A stretch of 64,000 bases of DNA, from positions 608,001 to 672,000 of the forward strand of contig JAVZHQ010000001.1 of the NCBI GenBank assembly GCA_038998335.1. Reading direction: 5' to 3'. The translations under genes and the position numbers were made by a program. The DNA comes from Candidatus Aenigmatarchaeota archaeon. GTDB lineage: Archaea > Aenigmatarchaeota > Aenigmatarchaeia > CG10238-14 > SCSR01. Positions 29,295 to 38,727 of this stretch are shown in pieces. Within the stretch, counting starts at the first letter, position 1, and every line of letters begins with the position of its first letter. The notes beneath the pieces are model-generated. The model did no database searches. It was not told where the DNA came from and saw only the letters and a list, made by a program, of their open reading frames with translations.

Positions 29295-29467
29295 TGCTCT
29301 GCCCAACATGCTCAAATGAAACAAGAGAACTTGTTGCATGCGACAGATGTAAGAAAATAGGTTGCGTAAGATGTGTAGTTAAAAAAGGGAAAGAATGGCT
29401 TTGCGAGAAATGTAGAAAAGAAGAAAAGCAAGGACCAGAAAGCGCTTTAGCCTCTCTTTTTGGTTAA
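29294..29467 (+). CDS. 57-aa zinc-finger protein with four CxxC motifs (absent from the ORF track)
   Basis: MLCPTCSNETRELVACDRCKKIGCVRCVVKKGKEWLCEKCRKEEKQGPESALASLFG; its ATG overlaps the upstream TGA. Confidence 0.75.
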   Translation: MLCPTCSNETRELVACDRCKKIGCVRCVVKKGKEWLCEKCRKEEKQGPESALASLFG

Positions 29468-30054
29468 AAAACTTTTACGACTTCACCTTCAGGCTCTTTT
29501 TCCTTGAAAGCTTCAACTCTAAACCTAAAAATTTTTGTTTTTTTATTCTTCCAGGTTTCTGGTGATAAACCAGCCTTTAAACAAAGCGATTCCAAAAATT
29601 TTTCTTTTTCTTGAATTATCTCCCAAACTTGAGGTAAGTAAAGAGCGCTAAAGCCTTCATACTCTATTATTAAACCATCCTTTCCTTCTTCTATTACCTT
29701 AAGGTATTCTTGCGAATCTTTTACTTTTATTAGCTCAGGTTTTGTTAGAACAGAAACTTCAAAAGTCACTTTTTTAAGCTCTTCTTTTTTCAAAGGTTCG
29801 AACCTAAAATCCTCAAAAGCAGCAGAAATTGAAGCTTTTTGAACTGCTTCATAAAGAGGAAAGTAAGGTAAAGGAAAACCTATACAACCTCGCAGCTCAT
29901 TTTCAGGATAAGTTTCTATGGTTACAAAAACTCCTCTTTTTTCCTTAAACTCTTTTTCTTTACTTTCTTCTATTTCTAACTTATTTTTCTCGAAGAACTT
30001 TTCCACACTTTTTCTTGCAAGCTTTACCAAAATCTTTCCTTTTTCAAGCTCCAT
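29464..30054 (-). CDS. AMMECR1-domain protein
   Basis: RGVFVT, LRGCIG, FEVSVLT, LYLPQV and LCLKAGL motifs. Confidence 0.92.
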   Translation of the reverse strand: MELEKGKILVKLARKSVEKFFEKNKLEIEESKEKEFKEKRGVFVTIETYPENELRGCIGFPLPYFPLYEAVQKASISAAFEDFRFEPLKKEELKKVTFEVSVLTKPELIKVKDSQEYLKVIEEGKDGLIIEYEGFSALYLPQVWEIIQEKEKFLESLCLKAGLSPETWKNKKTKIFRFRVEAFKEKEPEGEVVKVF

Positions 30055-30111
30055 AAGTTAAATAAAGAATTAAAAAAATAAAAAAGAAAAGAGTGAAAGA
30101 AGCGTTACTAG

Positions 30112-30201
30112 CTACCACTCTTCTTCTGGAATTTCCTCTTCCTCTTCTTCTTCCTCTTCTCCTTCTTCCTCTTCTTCTTCAGCCCATTCTTCTTCTGCCA
30201 T
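30112..30201 (-). CDS. 29-aa hyper-acidic micropeptide (absent from the ORF track)
   Basis: MAEEEWAEEEEEEGEEEEEEEEEIPEEEW; AGGTGA RBS 7 nt before the ATG; T-rich tract downstream. Confidence 0.65.
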   Translation of the reverse strand: MAEEEWAEEEEEEGEEEEEEEEEIPEEEW

Positions 30202-30297
30202 TCACTTTTCACCTACTCACTATAAAAGAATTTAACAAATATTTATAGTTTTCTGTTTAGCTTACAAATAATTTTTATTCAAAATAAATTATAATTT

Positions 30298-32238
30298 ATG
30301 GGGTTTGTTATAAAAAAAGAGAATTTATTCTTTCCTTCTAAAGAAATGAAAAAGATTGCTTGGATTAAGGACAAAAAAATTTATAAGCGAGCTGAAAAGA
30401 ATCCTGTAAAATTTTGGGAAAGCTTAGCAAAAGAACTTTTTTGGTTTGAAAAATGGAAAAAAACTTTTCAGCATAAAGCACCTTACTTCAAGTGGTTCTT
30501 AGGTGGGAAAATCAACATAACTTCTAACATTTTTGAAAAAAACTTGCTTGGTTGGGAAAAAATTAAAGACAAAGTTGCGTTGATTTGGGAACCAGAAACT
30601 TTGGAAGAGAGACCAAGAATTTTAACCTATAAAGAACTTTTTAAAGAAGTTTGTAAGTTTGCTAATGCTTTAAAAAAACTGGGGGTAAAAAAAGGAGATA
30701 TAGTTGGAATTTATTTGCCAATGGTTCCAGAAACAATAATTTCTATGCTTGCTTGTGCAAGAATTGGTGCAGTTCATACAGTAATATTTTCTGCTTTTTC
30801 TCCCGAAGCCTTAAGAATAAGATTGCAAATAACCGAAGCAAAAATTTTGATTACTGCTGACGGTTACTACAGAAGAGGAAAAATAATAAACCTAAAGCAA
30901 AGTGCTGACGAAGGAATAAAAGAAACTAAGGTTGAAAAGGTTATTGTTGTTAAAAGAGCAAAAAATGAAATTCCTTGGAATCCTGAAAAAGATGTTTGGC
31001 TTGAGGATTTGATTAAAGAAGCAAGCGATGAATGTGAACCAGAAAAAATGGACTCAGAAGATTTACTTTTTATCTTGTTTACTTCAGGAACCACTGGTAT
31101 CCCAAAAGGAATAATTCATACTTGTGGAGGCTATACAGTACAAGCTTATTGGACTGGAAAATGGATTTTTGACTTTCATGAAAAAGATATTTTATGGTGC
31201 ACTTCAGACTTTGGTTGGATTACAGGTCATACTTATACTTGCTATTCTCCCTTGCTTAACGGGATAACAACTTTGATTTTCGAAGGAGCTCCGGATTATC
31301 CTACTCCTGACAGATGGGCACAAATAATAGAAAAGTATAAAGTAACGATTTTTTACACAGCGCCAACTGCTATAAGAATGTTTGAGAAAATGGACGGAAG
31401 CGTTGCTCAAAAATATAAGTTTAAAACTCTTCGTTTATTAGGCTCAGTAGGCGAAACGATAGACGAATCAACATGGCTTTGGTACTTTAAAAATGTTGGA
31501 AAAGAAAAATGCCCGATAGTTGATACTTGGTGGCAAACAGAAACTGGAGGAATATTAATTTCTTCTTTACCAGGAATTGGTCCTTTTAAGCCTGGTTTTG
31601 TTGGTTTGCCTTTTCCGGGAGTAAAAGTTGAAATTCTTGACGAAAAAGGTAAAGTTTGTAAAAAAGGGAAGGAAGGAAATTTAGTAATTCTTTCGCCTTT
31701 TCCTCCTGGTATGTTAAGAGGAATTTATAAGGACGAAAAAAAGTATCTGGAAACTTACTGGAGCAAGTATGGAAGTAAAATTTATTTTACAAGCGATGGA
31801 GCTTTTAAAGATGAAAATGGTTTAATAAGAATTGTTGGAAGGGTTGACGATGTAATAAAAGTTGCTGGTCATAGGATTACAACAGGAGAAATAGAAAATG
31901 CCTTGAATTCTCATCCTAGTGTAGTTGAGTCTGCTGTTGTTGGATTACCTGATGAAATTAAAGGTGAAGTTCCTTTTGCTTTTGTTGTTCTTAAGCAAGG
32001 TCTCAAAGGTTCAAAAGAATTAGAAGAAGAACTAATAAAGCAAGTTGATAAAAAAATTGGACCAATAGCAAAACCTGCAAGAATTGCTTTTGTTGAAGAC
32101 TTACCAAAAACAAGAAGTGGAAAAATTGTAAGAAGAATTTTGAGAAGTATTTTGAGAAACGAAGCCTTAGGAGACTTGTCAACTGTTGCAAACCCTGAAG
32201 CCATAGAAAAAATAAAAAAAGAATTGAAAGGAAGCTAA
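30298..32238 (+). CDS. acs: AMP-forming acetyl-CoA synthetase
   Basis: FTSGTTGIPKG, GWITGH, DTWWQTETGG, GRVDDVIKVAGHR and LPKTRSGKI motifs. Confidence 0.95.
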   Translation: MGFVIKKENLFFPSKEMKKIAWIKDKKIYKRAEKNPVKFWESLAKELFWFEKWKKTFQHKAPYFKWFLGGKINITSNIFEKNLLGWEKIKDKVALIWEPETLEERPRILTYKELFKEVCKFANALKKLGVKKGDIVGIYLPMVPETIISMLACARIGAVHTVIFSAFSPEALRIRLQITEAKILITADGYYRRGKIINLKQSADEGIKETKVEKVIVVKRAKNEIPWNPEKDVWLEDLIKEASDECEPEKMDSEDLLFILFTSGTTGIPKGIIHTCGGYTVQAYWTGKWIFDFHEKDILWCTSDFGWITGHTYTCYSPLLNGITTLIFEGAPDYPTPDRWAQIIEKYKVTIFYTAPTAIRMFEKMDGSVAQKYKFKTLRLLGSVGETIDESTWLWYFKNVGKEKCPIVDTWWQTETGGILISSLPGIGPFKPGFVGLPFPGVKVEILDEKGKVCKKGKEGNLVILSPFPPGMLRGIYKDEKKYLETYWSKYGSKIYFTSDGAFKDENGLIRIVGRVDDVIKVAGHRITTGEIENALNSHPSVVESAVVGLPDEIKGEVPFAFVVLKQGLKGSKELEEELIKQVDKKIGPIAKPARIAFVEDLPKTRSGKIVRRILRSILRNEALGDLSTVANPEAIEKIKKELKGS

Positions 32239-32239
32239 G

Positions 32240-32680
32240 CTATTTTTCTTTAAGCGTTAGAAAAGCGATTGCTGCAAGCAAGTAGCCAATTGGTGTAATA
32301 ATTATTGAAAGAATGCTTGCTGCTTTTAGCAAACCAGAGTTAAACTTTGTTCCTGCTTTCCATAAACCTATTAACTGAAGAATTGCATAAACTAGGAATA
32401 ATAGTAAGACTGGTGCAAGAACTAAAAAGTTCGAAAGTACTGCTGAAACATCCAAAATTCCAGCTGCCATTGCAAATATACTTCCCATTAGTGTTGCAAA
32501 AGCTAGAATCGAAGCTATTATAGCTAATATTGCAGAATAACCAACCCATTTCCAAAGGTTTTCGTTGTACTTATTCCCTAGTTTTATCCATCCTAGTATC
32601 AAAAGAATTAAACCCACTATGTTTAGCACTGGTATTATTGAAAGAATGTAAGCTATCCCAAGAAGTTTCTTTTCTTCCAT
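32240..32680 (-). CDS. Four-TM membrane protein (DUF996-like)
   Basis: LSIIPVLNIVGLILLILG...L..KY pattern; hydrophobic. Confidence 0.6.
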   Translation of the reverse strand: MEEKKLLGIAYILSIIPVLNIVGLILLILGWIKLGNKYNENLWKWVGYSAILAIIASILAFATLMGSIFAMAAGILDVSAVLSNFLVLAPVLLLFLVYAILQLIGLWKAGTKFNSGLLKAASILSIIITPIGYLLAAIAFLTLKEK

Positions 32681-32749
32681 AATTTATTTTTTTTGTTTTT
32701 ATTTAAAAATTGCTAACCTTTAAATATTCCTTCAGAAAAATCAATTAAT

Positions 32750-33035
32750 GCAGGAGGCTAGGTCGCGGAGCTAGGCCTTCCGTGCTGCTGAAAAAGCAGT
32801 GGCAAATGGTCTACATGGCCGACCGAAGCCTGAGGGCGGTATAAGCTTACAAAAAGGTCCAAGCTTCCGACTGAGAAGCCTCGCCTTTCAGGGTGGGTAG
32901 CTTAACGAAACCGAGGAGGTCCGGAAGGAAGCACTCGTAAGTTAAGCTGTCTCATGCTTGAAAGATACGGGGTGGAGAAGGAAGTTTGGAGCAACCTTTT
33001 TGTAAGCTTATATCCACCAAGGGCGTGCCTCCTGC
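32750..33035 (+). ncRNA. ffs: Archaeal signal recognition particle (7S) RNA
   Basis: GC-rich ~286 nt; terminal helix GCAGGAGGC/GCCTCCTGC; long helix TATAAGCTTACAAAAAGGT/ACCTTTTTGTAAGCTTATA; helix 8 motif GAGGTCCGGAAGGAAGCA. Confidence 0.92.
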
Positions 33036-33078
33036 AATTTCTTTAAAATTTAAATCTTAAAGTGGAGAATTAAGTGAT

Positions 33079-33828
33079 ATGGAAGACAGCATTAAGATTA
33101 TTTTGATTGCCATAGTTTTACTCTTAGTTTTTTCTGTAGCGTCAAACCTTACTTTAAAAAGTATAATTCTTCCCAATGTAACTATTGGTGAAACAAAAAA
33201 AATTATTTTAAGTAATGAAACGATTCTAAGAACTTCTATGAACATCCCTGCTGTAGACTCTGAAGGAAATGGTGTTGTTACAAAGCTTATAGTTGAAGCA
33301 AAACCTGGAACAGGAAGAGTTCTAGTTGACATAAATCAATTACTTTTCTGGGTTGATACTCAAAACTCTATAAGAGTTGCTCAAAAAGTCGCTCAAAATT
33401 ATACTAAAACAGATTTGTCCAACATAGATTTAATATATGCTATAGAAACAAACGCTTCTGTAATAGGTGGGCCATCGGCAGGAGCTGCTATGACAATAGC
33501 AACAATAGCTTTGCTTGAAAATAAAACTTTAAATCAGAGTGTGATGATAACAGGGACTATAAACTCTGACGGAAGTATCGGACCAGTAGGAGAAATAGTT
33601 GCAAAAGCTAAGGCTGCAAAAGACATAGGAGCCAAACTTTTTTTGGTTCCCTCAGGCCAAGCAATTCAAACATATTACAAGCCAATAGAGCATTGCGAAA
33701 GGTTTGGGCCAGTGACTTACTGTTCTACTGAATACAGACCAGAAAAAATAGACGTAAGCAAAGAAGTTGGAATTACTGTTAAAGAAGTCAGTAATATTCA
33801 AGAAGCTTTACAATACTTTTTAATCTAG
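33079..33828 (+). CDS. Membrane-anchored Lon-protease (S16) proteolytic-domain protein
   Basis: GGPSAGAA (catalytic Ser); TGTINSDGSIGPVG..AK (Lys); N-terminal TM; no ATPase domain. Confidence 0.88.
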   Translation: MEDSIKIILIAIVLLLVFSVASNLTLKSIILPNVTIGETKKIILSNETILRTSMNIPAVDSEGNGVVTKLIVEAKPGTGRVLVDINQLLFWVDTQNSIRVAQKVAQNYTKTDLSNIDLIYAIETNASVIGGPSAGAAMTIATIALLENKTLNQSVMITGTINSDGSIGPVGEIVAKAKAAKDIGAKLFLVPSGQAIQTYYKPIEHCERFGPVTYCSTEYRPEKIDVSKEVGITVKEVSNIQEALQYFLI

Positions 33829-33836
33829 GCGATGTT

Positions 33837-34436
33837 ATGCAATACTTTTCAAAGGAAGAGGTAAAGGATATAATAATATCTGTCCTAGTTGTTTCGCTAA
33901 TTTTCTCTTATAATGCTTCTAACCCAAGAAGAACTTTTGAGCTTTTTCCCTTTTATTTGATAATAGTTGTTCTTACTTTCCTCCTTCATGAACTTGCTCA
34001 TAAAAGTGTTGCAAGGAAGTTTGGCTGTTTATCCTTTTATAAAATGTGGACGACAGGGCTTTTATTAAGTTTAGTCTTCATGCTTTTAGGTTTTAAATTC
34101 ATAGTTCCTGGTGCTGTCGTAATCTATCCTTTCACTTTTGGAAGATGGGGGTTTAGAAGAATAAGATTAACTGCTCAGGAAATTGGTTTAATATCGGTTA
34201 GTGGAATCTTGGTAAACATTTTTATCGCTTTAATTTCTAGGCCTCTGGTTGGTTTGTTTTTTGTACAAAATTTTGATTTTTTCTTCGCTCTATCTTCTAT
34301 CAACTCTTTCCTTGCTTTCTTCAACCTTTTACCAATTCCTCCCCTGGACGGAAGTAAAGTTATAGTATGGAAACTTTGGCTTTGGTTCTTCCTGTTTGTT
34401 ATTTCTATAGGTTTATTTTTATCCTTCGCTTTCTAA
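33837..34436 (+). CDS. Site-2 (M50) intramembrane metalloprotease
   Basis: LHELAHK and FNLLPIPPLDG motifs. Confidence 0.92.
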   Translation: MQYFSKEEVKDIIISVLVVSLIFSYNASNPRRTFELFPFYLIIVVLTFLLHELAHKSVARKFGCLSFYKMWTTGLLLSLVFMLLGFKFIVPGAVVIYPFTFGRWGFRRIRLTAQEIGLISVSGILVNIFIALISRPLVGLFFVQNFDFFFALSSINSFLAFFNLLPIPPLDGSKVIVWKLWLWFFLFVISIGLFLSFAF

Positions 34437-34449
34437 AGGTTATTATGTA

Positions 34450-35736
34450 GTGATGAAAGAATCAAGTGAGACAATGATTGTTATAGCAGACTTTCACCTT
34501 CATTCTCTTTATAGCAGAGCAACCAGCAAGCAAATGAACTTGGAAGGAATAAGTAATGGTGCAAAAATAAAAGGTTTAAATCTTGTTGGAACCGGAGATT
34601 TTACTTTTAAAAAATGGCTTGATGAATTAAAGAAAAAGTTAAAACCAGTAGAAGACTCTGGACTGTTCGAGTATAACAAAACTCTTTTTATGTTAACAAG
34701 TGAAGTTGCGACATATTTTGAATTTGAAAAAATGATAAAGAGAGTACATCATGTAATTCATGCACCCACTTTTGATGTTGTTGAACAAATAAATGAAGCT
34801 CTTTCAAAATTTGGCAGTTTAGCTTCTGATGGTAGACCTATTTTAAACTTGACTGCAGCAGAGCTTGTTGAAATTTTAATGCAAATTAGTAAGGATATTT
34901 TGATTTATCCTGCCCATGCTTGGACTCCTTGGATGTCTTGCTTAGGAAGTAAGTCTGGGTTTGATTCAATAGAAGAATGTTATCAGGATCAAACAAAAAA
35001 TATCTTTGCTTTAGAAACAGGGTTAAGCAGCGATCCTGCTATGAACTGGAGGTTAAGCTCTTTAGATAAGTTTACTTTACTTAGCAACTCAGATTCGCAT
35101 AGTCCGCATCCTTGGCGTTTAGGAAGAGAAGCGAATGTTTTTGATTTAGAAAAAGTAACTTATTGGGAAATTCTTGACGCGATAAAGAAAAAAGATAAGA
35201 AAAGGTTTTTATATACTGTAGAGGTTGACCCAAACTATGGAAAATACCATTTCGACGGACATCGTAATTGCAGCATAAGTTTGCATCCTAAGGATGCTAT
35301 AAAGTTAAATAACATTTGCCCAAAATGCAAAAGAAAATTAACTGTAGGAGTATTGCATAGAGTTGAGGAATTGGCAGATAGACCAGAAGGTTTTATCCCA
35401 AAAGATGCCATTCCTTTTAAAACTTTGTTGCCTTTGTATGAAATAATTTCTTTTGCTTGGGGCTCTGGAGAGCTTTATTCAAAAAAGGTTTTGGAAGAAC
35501 ATGATAAACTAATAGAAAAATTTGGAAACGAGCTAAACGTTTTGCTTAATGTTCCAAAGGAAGAATTGTTAAAAGTTACGAACGAAAAGATTGCTGAAGC
35601 AATAATAAAAGTGAGAGAAGGAAAAATCAAGTACATTCCTGGATATGATGGAAATTATGGTAAACCTGTGTTTGATGAAAATTTTGAGATAAAAAAGCAA
35701 AAGTTTCATGTCCAAAAAAACTTAAAGCAATTTTAA
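34450..35736 (+). CDS. Endonuclease Q family PHP-domain protein
   Basis: ADFHLHSLYSRATS, GTGDF, PAHAWTPW, LSNSDSHS, GKYH.DGHR, a Zn ribbon and PGYDG.YG. Confidence 0.9.
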   Translation: MMKESSETMIVIADFHLHSLYSRATSKQMNLEGISNGAKIKGLNLVGTGDFTFKKWLDELKKKLKPVEDSGLFEYNKTLFMLTSEVATYFEFEKMIKRVHHVIHAPTFDVVEQINEALSKFGSLASDGRPILNLTAAELVEILMQISKDILIYPAHAWTPWMSCLGSKSGFDSIEECYQDQTKNIFALETGLSSDPAMNWRLSSLDKFTLLSNSDSHSPHPWRLGREANVFDLEKVTYWEILDAIKKKDKKRFLYTVEVDPNYGKYHFDGHRNCSISLHPKDAIKLNNICPKCKRKLTVGVLHRVEELADRPEGFIPKDAIPFKTLLPLYEIISFAWGSGELYSKKVLEEHDKLIEKFGNELNVLLNVPKEELLKVTNEKIAEAIIKVREGKIKYIPGYDGNYGKPVFDENFEIKKQKFHVQKNLKQF

Positions 35737-35749
35737 TTTATTTAAAAGT

Positions 35750-36400
35750 ATGAGTAAACAATGGGATAAGATTTTTAAAGAAGAGGGAAAAGTTTTTATT
35801 AAACCACATGAAGAAATGCCAAAAATAGTTAAAATTTTCAAGGAAAATAAAGTTAAAAAAGTTCTTGATTTGGGCTGTGGTTCGGGAAGGCACTTGGTTT
35901 ATTTAGCAAAGTATGGTTTTGAAGTTTATGGTATAGATATAGCTAAGCATGGAATTAAAATTGCAAGGAACTGGCTTAAAGAGGAAAATCTTAAAGCAGA
36001 GTTGAAAGTTGGTGATATTTATAAAAAACTTCCTTATCCTGATAATTTTTTTGACGGAATAGTAAGCATTGCTACCTTACATCACAATAGAATAGAGAAA
36101 ATTAGGAAATTAATAAAAGAAATTGAAAGAGTTTTAAAGCCAGGTGGTTTAATTTTTATTACTGTAAGCAAGAAAAGAAGTAAAGAAGAACTTAAGAAAA
36201 TGTCAAAAAATGAAATCTGGAAAATAAAAATGATTGCTCCAAGAACTTACATTCCTTTAAACGGAAGAGAAAAAGGTTTAATTCATTTTTGGTTTAATAA
36301 AACTCTTTTGAGAAAGGAGTTTAAAAATTTTAAAATTTATAAAATTTGGGTAGAGCTAAACAAAAAGCATTACTGTGTTCTTGCAAGTTTAAAGACTTAA
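35750..36400 (+). CDS. Class I SAM-dependent methyltransferase
   Basis: VLDLGCGSGRH and RVLKPGG motifs. Confidence 0.9.
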   Translation: MSKQWDKIFKEEGKVFIKPHEEMPKIVKIFKENKVKKVLDLGCGSGRHLVYLAKYGFEVYGIDIAKHGIKIARNWLKEENLKAELKVGDIYKKLPYPDNFFDGIVSIATLHHNRIEKIRKLIKEIERVLKPGGLIFITVSKKRSKEELKKMSKNEIWKIKMIAPRTYIPLNGREKGLIHFWFNKTLLRKEFKNFKIYKIWVELNKKHYCVLASLKT

Positions 36401-36434
36401 GTTTTTTATTTATTTGTTTTAATCTAATTTTAAA

Positions 36435-36505
36435 GGGCCTGTAGTCTAACGGTAGGACGCCACCCTCACACGGTGGAGAAAGGAGTTCGACTCTCCTCAG
36501 GCCCA
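36435..36505 (+). tRNA. tRNA-Val(CAC), intronless
   Basis: Acceptor GGGCCTG/CAGGCCC; anticodon arm CCACC-CTCACAC-GGTGG; T loop TTCGACT. Confidence 0.93.
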
Positions 36506-36574
36506 CTTTTCTTCCATTTAAACCGGAGAATATAGAATAGACTTCTAACAATAATCACATAAGATTAAGAAAAA

Positions 36575-36874
36575 TTATTTCTTAGGCCTAAATTCTCTTA
36601 TCAAACAATACAACAAAAATAAGAACAAAGCTATGGAAGAAAAGAAAAAAGGAAGTATAGGAACTAGAATAGATGGGTAAAAAATTAAGTAAAATAAATC
36701 TGAGCCTGCCAAATAAATTGCATACTCAAATAAACCCCAAGCTGAAAAGCCAAACAAAATGGAAAATGCTAGAAAAACTTTTTTATAAACTTTTGACAGA
36801 AAAGTGAGCAAGAGAAAAGAACCTGAAAATATAGTAGAGCACAAAGCCATTATCCCTATCACTATGCTTAACAT
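36575..36874 (-). CDS. Small 3-TM membrane protein
   Basis: Three hydrophobic segments. Confidence 0.6.
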   Translation of the reverse strand: MLSIVIGIMALCSTIFSGSFLLLTFLSKVYKKVFLAFSILFGFSAWGLFEYAIYLAGSDLFYLIFYPSILVPILPFFFSSIALFLFLLYCLIREFRPKK

Positions 36875-36882
36875 CTATTTCA

Positions 36883-37737
36883 CTATAAAAGTCTTGAAAC
36901 ACTAATAGAAGCTGTAGCTTCAACATAATAATAATAACTTAGCTTTACTTCTAGAGGAAGGGTTGTATAATCCGTAACCTCAGGAACATAAAATTGACAG
37001 GTAATAGAGTAACCTGAAGTTGGGTCTATTCTAACTTCCTTAGGAAAGTTATGGTTAATACATTCATTACCATCAATAGTTATTTTTTCTATAACTACTT
37101 TTTTATCATCCATTTTATTAATATAGGGAGAACCTTGGCCGACATTTTTAAAGGTAAGGGGTATTGTTCCTATTTGACCAGGTTTTATGTACGTGAAAGG
37201 TTGAACTGTTTCCACGCTAATTTGAATTGGTGCTTGTGAAGCAATAAAACCTTCTATTCCTTTTGTTTCTTGAGGATGTGTTCTTTTGTACTCTTGACTC
37301 ATAACTTTAATTCTTCCGTTAGCAGTTGAGGCATACTTATAGAAAACTTTTACAGTAGCTGGGCAATTTGGAATATCTTTATCTTCTGGGGAAGTTACTT
37401 CCCATTCTAAGTAACTTAAACCACCAGGAGAGTTAGGCAATCTTTTGGGTAAGAAACCTATTTCTTTTTGGTAATTTACCTCACCACCCCAATCAGTACC
37501 TAAACCTGTAAGTACAGCCTTTACTTCTTCTGCATCTTCTTCCCCAACATTCTCTACAGTAAGATAAAAAGTTACGCTTTGGCCAGCATAAATCTTTGAT
37601 TCTCCTGGCTTAAAGCTTTTTATTATTACACCTATGGCTTGTTTTTGCTGATCTGTAGGCTGTTGTTGGCCTAGAAGAGTGCAGCCAGAGAGAAATACAA
37701 ACACAAGTAAAAATAAAAGTATGGCATAACTTTTCAT
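36883..37737 (-). CDS. Lipoprotein-like (LSGC) Ig/CARDB-type surface protein, paralog A
   Basis: Signal with an LSGC lipobox-like motif; TVENVG and FKNVGQG motifs. Confidence 0.7.
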   Translation of the reverse strand: MKSYAILLFLLVFVFLSGCTLLGQQQPTDQQKQAIGVIIKSFKPGESKIYAGQSVTFYLTVENVGEEDAEEVKAVLTGLGTDWGGEVNYQKEIGFLPKRLPNSPGGLSYLEWEVTSPEDKDIPNCPATVKVFYKYASTANGRIKVMSQEYKRTHPQETKGIEGFIASQAPIQISVETVQPFTYIKPGQIGTIPLTFKNVGQGSPYINKMDDKKVVIEKITIDGNECINHNFPKEVRIDPTSGYSITCQFYVPEVTDYTTLPLEVKLSYYYYVEATASISVSRLL

Positions 37738-38701
37738 TCTATCTCCTAATATTAAATTAATTTGAATCGATTTAAACTTTATCTTAAGATTTCTTTGACA
37801 GTAAAAACTTCCTTTCTTCTAAACTTAAATGTATAAGAAAATTCTGCAGAAATTGGTGCTATACTTTCAAATTCTGAGATAACAAGAGGCCTTAAGTTGC
37901 AAATTAACTCAGCGGGAACTTTCAAATCTTCTTTTGGATAAAGGTTATTACCAACTTCTTCAAATTCGCAGTAAAGATTTGGCTCTTTTTCAAAATTATT
38001 ATTAAGGTTGATAGCAAAATCGGACTTTGATATCATTATAGGTTCATAATTTGTAATAGTTCCTACATATCTTACTTTTATTTTCAGTTCAAAGGGTTCG
38101 TCACTTATCACCCAATACTCCTTAATTATCTGTTTATCTATAGTTGTAGTTCTTTGGGCAGGAAATTCAAACTCAAGTAGAACTGGCCCTAAAGAAGGAG
38201 GAGTTTGAGAAAACTTGGCTTTGGGGGTTACAGAGATATCGTTAACTATTGGTATTCTTGCTTCTCTATATCCTTTCCAAGGATAGCTTATCTCATACTC
38301 TACAAAAGGATTTTTTATTGTATGCTCAGGAACTTTAAGCGTAAGCTTTATGATTCTTGTCTCTAAACTTCCAAAACCATTAAAAACACAACCGCTATCT
38401 TCTCTAATACCTTCTTCGCACCGAAGCTCTTTTAATTCTAAACCTACTATATTATCAAATTCTATTCTAAGATTATCCACGCTTTTATCTCCGTTGTTTT
38501 TTAAGAGAATTTGCAAAGATGTTGTACTTCCTGGATATGGGTTTGAATTTGAAATGGTTGTATGCTCTACTGTTATTATATCATTTTTATACTTAGTTTG
38601 ATCTGTAGGCTGTTGTTGGCCTAGAAGAGTGCAGCCAGAGAGAAATACAAACACAAGTAAAAATAAAAGTATGGCATAACTTTTCATTCTATCTCCTAAT
38701 A
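37649..38701. repeat. 103-bp perfect direct repeat (37649-37751 and 38599-38701) covering the RBS and signal peptide of two adjacent genes
   Basis: tgatctgtaggctgttgttggc...cattctatctcctaata is identical in both copies, 950 bp apart. Confidence 0.95.
37779..38687 (-). CDS. Lipoprotein-like (LSGC) Ig-type surface protein, paralog B
   Basis: Same 30-aa N-terminus as paralog A; divergent body. Confidence 0.7.
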   Translation of the reverse strand: MKSYAILLFLLVFVFLSGCTLLGQQQPTDQTKYKNDIITVEHTTISNSNPYPGSTTSLQILLKNNGDKSVDNLRIEFDNIVGLELKELRCEEGIREDSGCVFNGFGSLETRIIKLTLKVPEHTIKNPFVEYEISYPWKGYREARIPIVNDISVTPKAKFSQTPPSLGPVLLEFEFPAQRTTTIDKQIIKEYWVISDEPFELKIKVRYVGTITNYEPIMISKSDFAINLNNNFEKEPNLYCEFEEVGNNLYPKEDLKVPAELICNLRPLVISEFESIAPISAEFSYTFKFRRKEVFTVKEILR

Positions 38702-38727
38702 AATAATTTAACTAAGTAAATTATTAT

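Noticed and set aside
30112-30201. Non-coding (CTT)n microsatellite
   Set aside because: Variation is confined to a Glu-coding frame with an RBS, start and stop, so it is treated as a micro-ORF instead.
32750-33035. RNase P RNA or rRNA fragment
   Set aside because: It lacks the GAGGAAAGUCC and AACAGAA P4 motifs, and it has the SRP helix 8 motif and terminal helix.
36330-36551. 73-aa ORF on the minus strand
   Set aside because: Antisense shadow of tRNA-Val.
37649-38701. CRISPR array or IS/prophage att repeats
   Set aside because: Only two copies, 103 bp long, coinciding with gene starts; no cas, transposase or integrase genes in the window.
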